DNA of 64,000 bases from Kiritimatiellia bacterium (GTDB taxonomy: Bacteria > Verrucomicrobiota > Kiritimatiellia > RFP12 > UBA1067), in NCBI GenBank assembly GCA_017525225.1, contig JAFXTB010000109.1, positions 1,182 to 65,181 on the forward strand, in the 5' to 3' direction. The translations under genes were made by a program, and so were the position numbers. This document shows positions 1 to 8,918 of this stretch, piece by piece. The notes beneath the pieces were generated by a model that was not told where the DNA came from, searched no databases, and worked only from the letters and a program-made list of their open reading frames with translations. How positions within the stretch are numbered: the first letter of the stretch is position 1; every line of letters begins with the position of its first letter.

Positions 1-14
1 TCAGGTCGAACGCG

Positions 15-2063
15 ATGCACCGTTCCGGCCTGCTGCAGTTCCAGCATGCGGTCGGCTGTCTCGCGGCGCTGGGCGCGCCCATCGACCCCGACATTCTTTT
101 CACCCACCACCGCTGCCGCATGCTCGATTTCAGCTCGGCGCTGCAGTTCGAGATAAGGGCCGACTCAGAGATGGTCCTGCAGAGGGAGTTCCCGTCTCTG
201 CGGCTGCTCACGCCGGAGGCATCAGCCGCCTCCACAATGTCCGCCCCCCGCAGGATCGACAAGGTGCGCGGACGGCAGGAGGCCGCTGCCGCGCGGGCTC
301 GCCGCCGCCGTCAGCTAGACTTCGGCGCCACCATGCCGATGATTTCCGACATGGACGTTGTCTCTGAGCAGCCGGGTGAATCCGTGGAGATCCGCACGAC
401 CCTTTCCTTCGCCAATGCTCCGTTCCTTGCGGATGCGGCCCTCGGCACATCGCAGATCTCCTACGCCAATCCAGAGCTGCGCGGACTTGCCTTGCTGCCG
501 CTGGCGGCAGGCGCCGAGATCATGGCCGAACTCGCCCAACGCATCGTGCCGGGGCGCAGCGTGGTGGCGCTCGAGGATCTGCTCCGGCGCCGCACGGTAG
601 CCTTCCGCGACAATGGCGAGCTGGCGATCCTCGTGCGCGCGGAACGCATCGCCTCCGACGATCCTGGCCTCGCGGCGGTGCATGTGCAGCTCAGGGACGA
701 TTCGCCTGACTCCGCATGGACCTGGCCCGCGATGGAGACGACGGTGCGGCTTGCCGCCATGCCGGAGCCTGCGCGCGCCGCGCCGGAACCGCTGCGTTCT
801 CCACGGAGCGTGCATTGGACAGGCAGCGACATCTATCCTGCGCGCCTCGCCTCGGGCGGCCTGCTACGGCTTGTACGCAAGGCGGATCTATGGAGCGACG
901 GTGGGTTGGACTACGAGATCGAGACCCCCGCCACGGCCGGCGCCGTGGCGCATACGCGTTTCCCCGTGTGGGTGGTGAACCCGCTTCTCCTGCAGGCCGT
1001 GGTCGACGGCTATTCGCTCTGGCGCAGCCACGAGCGCTTCCCTGGTGCCTTCTCGTTCGCGTTCCGTCTGAGGAGGCTCTCGCTGCACGCGCTCTCGCTG
1101 CCGGAAGGACAGCGCCTGCGCGGCTATCTGCGCCTTGCAGGCGTCACGCCCAATTCGCACATCTGCGACATACAGGTTTCCGACGGCAACGGCAACCTGG
1201 TGATGGATCTGCGCGGATATGAGGAGCTCGCGGAGCATGTGCCGGACGAGTATCGCACGCTCGTGCTGCGGCCGCCCCTCGCCTATCTCACGGAGGAGCT
1301 TCCGGTGGAGGACCTCGGCGCGCCTGCGACGCCGATCGCCTCGGCGCTCGTTACGGGCATAAACTATCCGCTCTTCACGCGCAACGAGAACATCTGGCTT
1401 AAGACCGTGTCGCGGCTGGTGCTGGGCAAGAACGAGAGACGTTCGTTCGATGTGATGTCGGGTTCGGTGCGCCGCCGCACGGAGTGGCTGTTCGGGCGCA
1501 TAGCGGCCAAGGAGGCAGTGCGCCGCTTCCTGCAGCGCCACTGCCAGGCGAGATGGACGGATGCGGACGTCGAGATATGGGCTGACGATTCCGGCAAGCC
1601 GCACGCACTCGGCAAGTGGGACGACGACGAGAAGCACGAGCTGGACATCGCCATCGCGCACACCGCGCAGTTCGTGATCGCCGTGGTGGCGGCGCATGCA
1701 CGCGTCGGAGTGGACGTAGAGGAGGTCGATCGCGATCTCTCCGACGAGTTCACGCAGGGCGTCTTCAGCCACGAGGAGCTTGCGCTCGCGGCGGACTCCA
1801 CCAACCCGCACGCGGCTGTGATACGGTTCTGGTGTGCGAAGGAGGCAGTCTCCAAGGCGCTGGGCACGGGCATCCGCTATTCGCCGAAGGAGCTGGTGGT
1901 GGATGCGTTCCGTCCGGAGACAGGCGAGATGGAGCTGCTGCTCACGGGCGCGTGGGAGGAGAACTTCAAGATGCTGCGGGGACGGCCCATCCGTACCAGC
2001 AGCACTACCATGCGGGGGCACGTTGTGGCGGCGTGCTTCATACCCGCCAGCATTTTCGAATAG
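15..2063 (+). CDS. Megasynthase-like protein tail: degenerate PKS-type dehydratase (double hotdog) region fused to a C-terminal 4'-phosphopantetheinyl transferase (Sfp/EntD-type) domain. The reading frame is open to the window edge, so the gene is probably 5'-truncated.
   Basis: The C-terminal ~220 aa carry PPTase motifs ('GKPHALGKWDDDE...DIAIAHT', 'FWCAKEAVSKALGTG'). The middle region has 'APFLADAALG...LLPLAAGAEIMAE' and 'NPLLLQAVVDG', which resemble the PKS DH motifs 'LxxHxxxGxxxxP' and 'HPxLLDxxxQ' but with His replaced by Ala. There is no in-frame stop between position 1 and the first ATG at 15. Confidence 0.55.
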   Translation: MHRSGLLQFQHAVGCLAALGAPIDPDILFTHHRCRMLDFSSALQFEIRADSEMVLQREFPSLRLLTPEASAASTMSAPRRIDKVRGRQEAAAARARRRRQLDFGATMPMISDMDVVSEQPGESVEIRTTLSFANAPFLADAALGTSQISYANPELRGLALLPLAAGAEIMAELAQRIVPGRSVVALEDLLRRRTVAFRDNGELAILVRAERIASDDPGLAAVHVQLRDDSPDSAWTWPAMETTVRLAAMPEPARAAPEPLRSPRSVHWTGSDIYPARLASGGLLRLVRKADLWSDGGLDYEIETPATAGAVAHTRFPVWVVNPLLLQAVVDGYSLWRSHERFPGAFSFAFRLRRLSLHALSLPEGQRLRGYLRLAGVTPNSHICDIQVSDGNGNLVMDLRGYEELAEHVPDEYRTLVLRPPLAYLTEELPVEDLGAPATPIASALVTGINYPLFTRNENIWLKTVSRLVLGKNERRSFDVMSGSVRRRTEWLFGRIAAKEAVRRFLQRHCQARWTDADVEIWADDSGKPHALGKWDDDEKHELDIAIAHTAQFVIAVVAAHARVGVDVEEVDRDLSDEFTQGVFSHEELALAADSTNPHAAVIRFWCAKEAVSKALGTGIRYSPKELVVDAFRPETGEMELLLTGAWEENFKMLRGRPIRTSSTTMRGHVVAACFIPASIFE

Positions 2064-2079
2064 GGAGAATGGAGGCACA

Positions 2080-3171
2080 ATGGAGAAGAAGAAGATTGTG
2101 GTCGCATGCGGTGGCACCGGCGGACATGCCTTTCCCGGGCTTGCCGTGGCGAAGGAGCTGCTGTCGCGAGGACACGAGGTGGCGGTATGGGATTCAGGTC
2201 GGATGGTTGAAAGCGACGTGATGCGCAGCTGGCCGGGTGGCACTTTCTCCACCGGCGCCAAACAGCTCGCGCTGAAGAACATGTTCGCCAACGCCCTGGC
2301 GTTCATGCGATGCCGCCGCGAGATGAAGAGGTTCTGTCCGGACGTCCTTCTCGCGATGGGGTCGTACTCCTCGCTGCCGCCTGTGCTGGCCGCCCGCACC
2401 GTGGGCGTGCCGATAGTGCTCCACGAGGCCAACACCGTGCCTGGACGCGCAGTCGAGACGCTTGCCCGTTTCGCAAAGGCCGTGGCCATATCTTTCTCCG
2501 CCACGAAAGAGCATCTCCACGGACACGAGACGGTGCTGACAGGCCTGCCGGTGCGCGAAGGCATCGGGAAGGGGGCGCGCTTCGCCGATGTGCCTGCTGA
2601 CGCCTTCTGCGTGTTCGTCACGGGCGGCAGCCAGGGTGCGCATCGCGTCAACGAGCTTGCGGCGGCGGCGCTGCCGCTCGTCAAGACGGCTCTCGCGCGC
2701 CAGGGCAAGAAGCTCTACGTGATACACCAGACGGGTATCAAGGACGAAGGACCCGTGCTCGGACGCTACGTCGCCGCCGGGATACCTTCGCGCGTCAACG
2801 CATTCGAGCTCGAGATGCCCCGTGCGTTCGCCACGGCCGATCTAGTGATAGCGCGAGCGGGCGCATCGACATGCTTCGAGCTTGCCTGTACCGGCAAGCC
2901 AGCCTTCCTGATCCCGCTGCCTACGGCGCTCAGGAACCACCAGCACTACAATGCGGAGGCGTTTGTGGCGGCCGGCGCGGCGGATGAGGGCAAGCAGGAC
3001 GAGATCACCCCGCGTGCCCTTGCCAACTACATAATAAACCGCGTCGAGCATCCGCATGTGCTCATGCGCATGGCCGAGCGCATGAAGTCCCTTGCCACGC
3101 CCGATGCCGCCAAGAAGCTTGCCGACCTTGTGGAACGGTGGGCGCGTCCGACTACCTCTGCGACAAAATGA
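2080..3171 (+). CDS. murG: UDP-N-acetylglucosamine--N-acetylmuramyl-(pentapeptide) pyrophosphoryl-undecaprenol N-acetylglucosamine transferase
   Basis: N-terminus 'KIVVACGGTGGHAFPGLAVAKEL' is the classic MurG G-loop. GT-B fold length is ~360 aa. A GGAGG ribosome-binding site sits 8 nt upstream of the ATG at 2080. The longer ORF from 1834 is a spurious extension. Confidence 0.9.
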   Translation: MEKKKIVVACGGTGGHAFPGLAVAKELLSRGHEVAVWDSGRMVESDVMRSWPGGTFSTGAKQLALKNMFANALAFMRCRREMKRFCPDVLLAMGSYSSLPPVLAARTVGVPIVLHEANTVPGRAVETLARFAKAVAISFSATKEHLHGHETVLTGLPVREGIGKGARFADVPADAFCVFVTGGSQGAHRVNELAAAALPLVKTALARQGKKLYVIHQTGIKDEGPVLGRYVAAGIPSRVNAFELEMPRAFATADLVIARAGASTCFELACTGKPAFLIPLPTALRNHQHYNAEAFVAAGAADEGKQDEITPRALANYIINRVEHPHVLMRMAERMKSLATPDAAKKLADLVERWARPTTSATK

Positions 3172-3989
3172 AGAAGAACGCCAAGGAACTTCTCTGCACC
3201 TGCGGCATCGCGCTTCTGCTGATGCTTTCGCTCGCGTTCGTCTTCCGCGTGTGGATGATGGTCTCCCCGCCGCCGCCGCGACCTGCGACGGCGGAAAAGC
3301 CCGCAGAGCTGACAGCGTTCGCAAAGGCGCGGGCGCGCGATCTTCTTCGGAAGCCCCTGGCGGAATGGACGCCCCATGAGCGCGAAGTTGAGCCGGAGCT
3401 TCACGCCTGGCTTGAATCCGTAGGCAGGAAGCTGCTGCCATGGGAATGGTCCCAGGCGGCTCGGGGCAAGGATCCTGAAGGCCATGCCAAGGCATGGGGT
3501 GATCTCTTCTCGGCAGAGAGGAAGAAGCTCGAGTCGTCGCTCGAGAAGGTTGAGCAGCACACCGTTGCCATCAGGAAAGACATTGCCGATGAAACGCTGC
3601 TCCGCGACCACGCCACCGACCAGATAGCACGGGTGGAGGCCATCCTTGCCACCAATGCCTATCCGGCCACAGTGATGCTGGAGACGCTGAAGAAGGGGCT
3701 TCTCTGGGGCTGGAACAGGGGCGAGGAGTCGTTGCATCTGGCGGACGATGCAGCTGGCGCGAGCCTAATGGCGACGCTTGTCTCCAACCGTAACGTCCAT
3801 GTTCAGGCGATCGCCGCGAACGAGGCCGTAATCGTGGAGGATGACCGCGACGGCGCCTTGCACCGGACGCTGCTTGCATCCATCGAACACATAGTGGTGG
3901 AAAAGACCTTCTCCGACGAGAACGCCACTCTGGATGCGCTCGCCTCATGCATCCGCTTCACCGAACGCCGTCGCCATGGCGCACGTTGA
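3168..3989 (+). CDS. Hypothetical membrane-anchored protein (single N-terminal TM, Pro-rich segment, coiled region). It is translationally coupled to murG.
   Basis: The ATG at 3168 overlaps the murG stop codon (ATGA). 'MKKNAKELLCTCGIALLLMLSLAFVFRVWMM' is a TM helix. No recognisable family. An alternative GTG start at 3138 is possible. Confidence 0.5.
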   Translation: MKKNAKELLCTCGIALLLMLSLAFVFRVWMMVSPPPPRPATAEKPAELTAFAKARARDLLRKPLAEWTPHEREVEPELHAWLESVGRKLLPWEWSQAARGKDPEGHAKAWGDLFSAERKKLESSLEKVEQHTVAIRKDIADETLLRDHATDQIARVEAILATNAYPATVMLETLKKGLLWGWNRGEESLHLADDAAGASLMATLVSNRNVHVQAIAANEAVIVEDDRDGALHRTLLASIEHIVVEKTFSDENATLDALASCIRFTERRRHGAR

Positions 3990-4010
3990 AGCGCGACGCC
4001 ATGCGAGATC

Positions 4011-5747
4011 TCACGTGGTCGAGCGGTCGAGACGGATGCCCGCGAACCTCACCCTGCTGTTGGCGCCGCGCCGGAAGAACAGGACGCAGTCGTCCGAGGC
4101 TTCCTTCGACTTCTTGAACTCGAAGACGATACGGAGCGTTCCGGGCGAACCTGGCATTGTGTGTACGTTGCCGTAGGTTATCGCCCTCTGCCTTACCACT
4201 TTGACGGCATCCTTCACGCTGATCTCAAGCATCGAACCTTCGTCGTTTTGACGCATGTCGAGATCGCATGCTAGGCTGAAGAGCGTCCCCGCCGGCCCCG
4301 CAAACGAACCAGCAGGCATCAGAAGGGTGGTACCGCTTGTGGGCGGGGCGTAGAATCCCTCCGCATCGGGTTTGAGCTCCGCGGCCTTTGGTCCGGAGAC
4401 GAACCGGAAGCCTTCCGGCAGCCCTCTCACATCGAACAGGGGCTTCATCGCTTTCTGCGCAGGCGCGACACATTCTGTCGTGAGCGGCCTGCCTGCGGTT
4501 CCGTAGCCTGTCAGCGGGCGGACTGTGAATCGAATATGTTCGCCGGGTGTGAAGTATCCCTGCTGGAACACGATGCACCTTGAAGGCATCGGCTCCTTGA
4601 GGTAGAAGTCGCCGAAAGAATCGCGGATCGCGAAGCGGGTCCATTTACCGTCCGCATCGCGGCGTTCGACTTCCGCGCGGTGCATGAAGGCGCGCGTATG
4701 GCCTTCGACCTCTGGGAACGAGAGGGTGATGCCGCCGTGCGCATCGGGCTTCGCCACCAGGGTCGCGCCTTTCGGATACTGCGGCAGCGCGGCGCGGGCC
4801 TTCTTGCGTTCCGTGGTGTAGGCGGCGGTCGCGGCGGAGAAGGGCAGCGCCACGTTCCACGGCATGTCCGGCTCGATCTCGCTGCCGTCGCGGACGTCGA
4901 ACCTGCGGATGAGCAGGCGAGTCGGGAACACGTCGACCGTCAGTACGCCGTAGGATTCCTTGCGTGATGGCGGGCATTCATTCACCGGAACGCCGTCCCA
5001 GTGCTGCAGGCAGCCGGAGTTGACCACGGTGAATTCGCCCTGCCATATCATGAGGTCGTTGCGAAGCGAGCCGTGGACATGGCCGGAGAAGTCGACGACC
5101 TGCGGGAACTTGCCGTAGATCTTGCGCTGGAACCCCTGCCCCCAGTTCCAGCTGTTGTAGACGGTCCCGCTGGGTGGAACATGGCTGAACACGAACACGG
5201 GCTTGCCGGGGTTCGCCGCCGTGGCTTCGGCAACCATGCGCTCGAAGGTGGCGGGCGTATCGAACTGGTTCAATACGACCATCGGAATGCCTTGGAAGGT
5301 GAAGGAGGTCGTGACGGGATCCTGGGCCTCGAGGAGGCGGCGGACCTCGGCGAACGCCTCGGGCGCGTATTTCACTGTGTCTTCGCGTGGTACGTCTTTC
5401 TTGAACTCGAAGGCGTCATGCCAGGCATATACCCAGATCTCGCGCGGACGTTCCGCCGGGTTGGGGTAGGTGGAATTGTAGATTGATCGGAGCGCGCGGT
5501 AGCCAGATGCGTAGAAATGGTCGGCAATGTCGCCATTGTTGACTATCATGTCCACCTTGTGGGACTTGAACAGCTCGAGCGCCGCTTTCACGCGCGAGCA
5601 GCTTTCGAGAGTCGTTCCGACGTGCGTGTCGGTCATCACGCCCATTCGGAAGAGAGGTTTTTCGTCGGAGGCGAATAGCCTTCCGGCAATGGGGGTGAAC
5701 GCGAAAGCGCCCGAGGTTCTGAGAAATTGCAGTCTTGTGGCTTTCAT
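4011..5747 (-). CDS. Secreted calcineurin-like metallophosphoesterase with a C-terminal extension of ~250 aa
   Basis: Contains 'GVMTDTHVG', 'NNGDIADH' and 'SGHVHG' metallophosphatase motifs. The N-terminal 'MKATRLQFLRTSGAFAFTPIAG' is signal-like. It is a paralog of 24303-25766. The start was chosen at an internal Met; 5777 is also possible. Confidence 0.7.
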   Translation of the reverse strand: MKATRLQFLRTSGAFAFTPIAGRLFASDEKPLFRMGVMTDTHVGTTLESCSRVKAALELFKSHKVDMIVNNGDIADHFYASGYRALRSIYNSTYPNPAERPREIWVYAWHDAFEFKKDVPREDTVKYAPEAFAEVRRLLEAQDPVTTSFTFQGIPMVVLNQFDTPATFERMVAEATAANPGKPVFVFSHVPPSGTVYNSWNWGQGFQRKIYGKFPQVVDFSGHVHGSLRNDLMIWQGEFTVVNSGCLQHWDGVPVNECPPSRKESYGVLTVDVFPTRLLIRRFDVRDGSEIEPDMPWNVALPFSAATAAYTTERKKARAALPQYPKGATLVAKPDAHGGITLSFPEVEGHTRAFMHRAEVERRDADGKWTRFAIRDSFGDFYLKEPMPSRCIVFQQGYFTPGEHIRFTVRPLTGYGTAGRPLTTECVAPAQKAMKPLFDVRGLPEGFRFVSGPKAAELKPDAEGFYAPPTSGTTLLMPAGSFAGPAGTLFSLACDLDMRQNDEGSMLEISVKDAVKVVRQRAITYGNVHTMPGSPGTLRIVFEFKKSKEASDDCVLFFRRGANSRVRFAGIRLDRSTT

Positions 5748-5805
5748 GGGTTGTATTATACCAGAATCCGCGTCCATACGGTACCCAAAATTTCAAAACT
5801 CCCAC

Positions 5806-5834
5806 TTGAACGCGGGCGAGGGATATGGTATAAT
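5806..5834 (+). promoter_or_regulatory. Near-consensus sigma70-type promoter for rplU-rpmA (TTGAAC-N17-TATAAT with a TGn extended -10)
   Basis: TTGAAC is at 5806-5811 and TATAAT at 5829-5834 with 'TGG' immediately upstream. This is ~69 nt upstream of the rplU ATG. The leader contains a hairpin GAGGGA-GUGCA-UCCCUC at 5851-5867. Confidence 0.6.
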
Positions 5835-5902
5835 TTGCGCCGCTTTTTTCGAGGGAGTGCATCCCTCATGGAAAAGGCAGGTACTAAACAAAGAGAGAAA
5901 CA

Positions 5903-6220
5903 ATGGAAGCCTACGCAGTACTGGAGACCGGCGGCAAGCAGATGCTTGTGCGTGCCGGCGACAAGATCGAGATTGAAAAGCTCTCGGTCGAAGAGAACGA
6001 GGAAGTCGTTCTCGATACCGTCTGTGCCATCTCCGATGGTACGACGCTCAAGGTTGGCGCCCCGTATGTCGAGGGGGCCAAGGTCACGCTGACGATCATC
6101 GCCCCGAACAAGAAGGGGCCCAAGGTCATCAACTTCAAGGCGAAGCGCCGCAAGGGCGAGCGCCGGAAGGTGGGGCATCGCCAGCAGTACACGGTTGCGA
6201 CGGTCAAGGCCATCGCCTAG
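5903..6220 (+). CDS. rplU: 50S ribosomal protein L21
   Basis: 'MEAYAVLETGGKQMLVRAGDKIEIEKL' is the canonical L21 N-terminus. Length is 105 aa. Confidence 0.95.
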   Translation: MEAYAVLETGGKQMLVRAGDKIEIEKLSVEENEEVVLDTVCAISDGTTLKVGAPYVEGAKVTLTIIAPNKKGPKVINFKAKRRKGERRKVGHRQQYTVATVKAIA

Positions 6221-6241
6221 CGCGGAAAGGAGCAACTAGAA

Positions 6242-6487
6242 ATGGCAACATCCGCATCAGCACGAAACGGCCGCGACTCAAACCCGAAGTATCTGGGCGT
6301 CAAGGCGTTTGATGGCCAGCTGCTCAAGGCCGGCTCCATCATCGTCCGCCAGCGCGGCACGAAGATCCACCCCGGCGCCAACGTGGGCCAGGGACGCGAT
6401 TTCACTCTCTTTGCCCTCAAGGACGGCAAGGTGAAGTTCATCAAGGACGGCAAGGTCGTCACCATTATTCCGGTAGAGGCGAAGTGA
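6242..6487 (+). CDS. rpmA: 50S ribosomal protein L27
   Basis: '[20 protein letters not shown]...[14 protein letters not shown]' is the L27 signature. Length is 81 aa. It lies 21 nt after rplU. Confidence 0.95.
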   Translation: MATSASARNGRDSNPKYLGVKAFDGQLLKAGSIIVRQRGTKIHPGANVGQGRDFTLFALKDGKVKFIKDGKVVTIIPVEAK

Positions 6488-6511
6488 ACCTCCACCCGGA
6501 TGCATGATTGG

Positions 6512-6540
6512 AGAGGCGCGGGCTGGTCCCGCGCCTCTTT
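6512..6540 (+). terminator. Intrinsic terminator-like hairpin after rpmA
   Basis: A perfect 11-bp stem AGAGGCGCGGG/CCCGCGCCTCT with a 5-nt loop is followed by TT. It lies 25 nt after the rpmA stop. Confidence 0.55.
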
Positions 6541-6572
6541 GGCATAGACGAAGTATCGACAGAAGGAAAGTC

Positions 6573-8108
6573 ATGACCGACAGGCAGCTCAAGGCGCACT
6601 ATCTGAGAAAGATCCTGAACTCGCGCGTCTACGACGTGGCGGACGAGACGCCGCTTGAAGTGATGTCCGCGCTTTCTCGGCGGTTTGGATGCACCATGAT
6701 GTTGAAGAGGGAGGATCTTCAATGCGTGCATTCGTTCAAGCTTAGAGGGGCCTACAACAAGATGAGCCAGCTTTCGAAGGCCGCTCTGGAGAGGGGCGTG
6801 CTGGCGGCATCGGCCGGTAACCATGCCCAGGGTGTCGCGTTGGCGGCGTCCCGGCTTGGTTGCAAGGCCACGATCGTGATGCCCGTCACCACGCCCGAGA
6901 TAAAGACGGCCTCGGTGAAGGCGCTGGGGGCTTCGATCGTGCTATCGGGCGACAGCTATTCCGATGCGGCCGCCGAGGCGCATAGGCTGGTCAAGAAGCA
7001 TGGATATACCTTCATTCCGCCATACGACGATCCCGATGTCATCGCCGGTCAGGGGACCGTGGCCATGGAGATCCTTCGCCAGCATTCCGGTCCACTCGAC
7101 GCAATCTTCGTGCCTGTGGGCGGTGGTGGTTTCGCCGCTGGCGTCGCGGTGTACGTCAAGGCTGTACGGCCGGAGGTTAAGGTGTTCGGCGTGGAACCTA
7201 CCGATTCCGACTGCATGTACCGGTCCATCAGGGCCGGACGGCGGATCGAGATGTCCGAGGTGGGCCTCTTCGCCGATGGCGTGGCGGTAAAGCGGCCTGG
7301 ACGCATCACATTCGACATCTGCCGTCGATTCCTCGATGGCATCGTGCGCGTGTCGACGTCGGAGACATGTGCCGCGATAAAGGACATCTTCGAGGCGACG
7401 CGTGCCGTATGCGAACCTGCAGGCGCCCTCGCCCTGGCCGCGGCCAAGCAGTATGCCCGTGGACGCGACCCGGCCGGTCGTACGTACGCATGCATCGTCT
7501 CAGGCGCCAACATGAACTTTGATCGCATCCGCTTCGTGGCGGAGGAGACTGAGATCGGCGAGAAGCGCGAGGCGATACTCGAATGCAGGATTCCAGAGGT
7601 ACGCGGAGCGTTCAAGAAGTTCATCCGCAAGATAGGCAAGCGTAGCGTCACCGAGTTCAACTACCGCTATTCAGACCCTGGCCATGCGCATGTGTTCGTG
7701 GGGCTGGCCGTGGCCGACCGCGAGGAGGCGCGCAGGCTTGTGGAGGCCCTCAAGGCGGCAAACATCGATACCATCGACCTTTCAGACGACGCTTTGGCGA
7801 AGGAGCATATCCGTCATATGGTGGGCGGCCACACACAAGGCATTCACGACGAGGTGGTGTATTCCTTCGAGTTCCCTGAACGCCCTGGCGCGCTCATGGA
7901 CTTCCTTGAGGCGATGTCCAACAGCTGGAACATAACGCTCTTCCACTACAGGAACCACGGCGCGGACCATGGAAAGGTACTCGCAGGCCTGCAGGTACCC
8001 GCAAAGGAGCGCAAGGCGTTTCGTGCCGCGCTGGCGGGGCTTGGCTACGCCTGCCGCGAGGTGACCGCCGAGCCGGCCTACCGGCTCTTCCTCGGCAATC
8101 GCGATTGA
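6573..8108 (+). CDS. ilvA: Biosynthetic threonine dehydratase (threonine ammonia-lyase) with tandem C-terminal regulatory domains
   Basis: PLP-fold motifs 'MLKREDLQCVHSFKLRGAYNKM' and 'ASAGNHAQGVALAA' are present. The ~510 aa length fits the two ACT-like C-terminal domains. The ribosome-binding site is AGAAGGAAAG upstream of the ATG at 6573. Confidence 0.85.
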   Translation: MTDRQLKAHYLRKILNSRVYDVADETPLEVMSALSRRFGCTMMLKREDLQCVHSFKLRGAYNKMSQLSKAALERGVLAASAGNHAQGVALAASRLGCKATIVMPVTTPEIKTASVKALGASIVLSGDSYSDAAAEAHRLVKKHGYTFIPPYDDPDVIAGQGTVAMEILRQHSGPLDAIFVPVGGGGFAAGVAVYVKAVRPEVKVFGVEPTDSDCMYRSIRAGRRIEMSEVGLFADGVAVKRPGRITFDICRRFLDGIVRVSTSETCAAIKDIFEATRAVCEPAGALALAAAKQYARGRDPAGRTYACIVSGANMNFDRIRFVAEETEIGEKREAILECRIPEVRGAFKKFIRKIGKRSVTEFNYRYSDPGHAHVFVGLAVADREEARRLVEALKAANIDTIDLSDDALAKEHIRHMVGGHTQGIHDEVVYSFEFPERPGALMDFLEAMSNSWNITLFHYRNHGADHGKVLAGLQVPAKERKAFRAALAGLGYACREVTAEPAYRLFLGNRD

Positions 8109-8135
8109 TAATATGTTGCTTGAATGCAGCTGCTC

Positions 8136-8834
8136 TTAGCTGCTGCGGTAGCGACCGCGGCAGTTGCTGCAGAAGAAGTCGGGGCCTGCCCAGGTGGTCT
8201 CTTCCTCGCGGCCACACTGCTTGCACGTCCGTATACGCCGTTCACGTACCAGGCGCACCTCCGCGGCATGGTCGTCAAGATACACCGGCGGAAAATCGCA
8301 GGTACGATGTCTGTTGAAGAGAGATGCATCAGGACGCATACCTTCCGGAGGACGTATCCCCACTATCTGCATGCGCTTGCCCATGAGCCTTGCCCGTCGG
8401 ATGGCCGGCTCGAACTCAGGGTCGTCGCCCATCACGATGGCGATGTCGTACGCTCCCGGCTGGGCCGCATAGTAGAGAAGGGCGGCCGAGAGGGAAAGCT
8501 TGGTCCAGCATTCGTCGCTTCGATCCCCGGACGAGACGATGTCGATCTCGTGTATCTCGGTCTCATAGCCGCAGCTGCGTTCCAGAAAATCATAGAAGGC
8601 ATACTGCTTCGAGGTATTGAAGCCGGAACGCGCCGAGGGAATCGTGCCGAAGTAGTTTGTCCGTACAAGCGATACATCCTCGTCCAGAAAGTTCGCCACA
8701 TCCTCGCAGAGGATTCGGGGAAGTTTCGCATAGTCGATCTCAAAGCCATTCTCTTCGCCGAGCTTCTGGAAGAGCGTGCCGCGGCTGCGATAAAGCCATA
8801 CACCGTCTATGAAGACCATTGCCTTTGCTGACAT
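8136..8834 (-). CDS. NYN/LabA-like (PIN-like) domain protein with a C-terminal CxxC...CxxC zinc ribbon
   Basis: 'MVFIDGVWLY' and 'IVSSGDRSDE...DIAIVMGDDPEFEPAIRRARLMGKRMQIVGI' match the LabA/NYN layout. The C-terminus has 'CKQCGREEETTWAGPDFFCSNC'. The ribosome-binding site is AAAGGAAAA. Confidence 0.75.
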   Translation of the reverse strand: MSAKAMVFIDGVWLYRSRGTLFQKLGEENGFEIDYAKLPRILCEDVANFLDEDVSLVRTNYFGTIPSARSGFNTSKQYAFYDFLERSCGYETEIHEIDIVSSGDRSDECWTKLSLSAALLYYAAQPGAYDIAIVMGDDPEFEPAIRRARLMGKRMQIVGIRPPEGMRPDASLFNRHRTCDFPPVYLDDHAAEVRLVRERRIRTCKQCGREEETTWAGPDFFCSNCRGRYRSS

Positions 8835-8918
8835 ATCTATTTTCCTTTTCTGTTGTTGTTGTCCGTGAAATCTGTTCGACGATGTCTAGATTGCATCGTC
8901 ATGCCGCCTGGAAGGGGC

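Noticed and set aside
888-2708. 606-aa minus-strand ORF overlapping the DH-PPTase and murG genes
   Set aside because: Antisense to two genes with strong family motifs. The translation is Arg/Ala/Pro-rich low complexity typical of GC-driven spurious ORFs.
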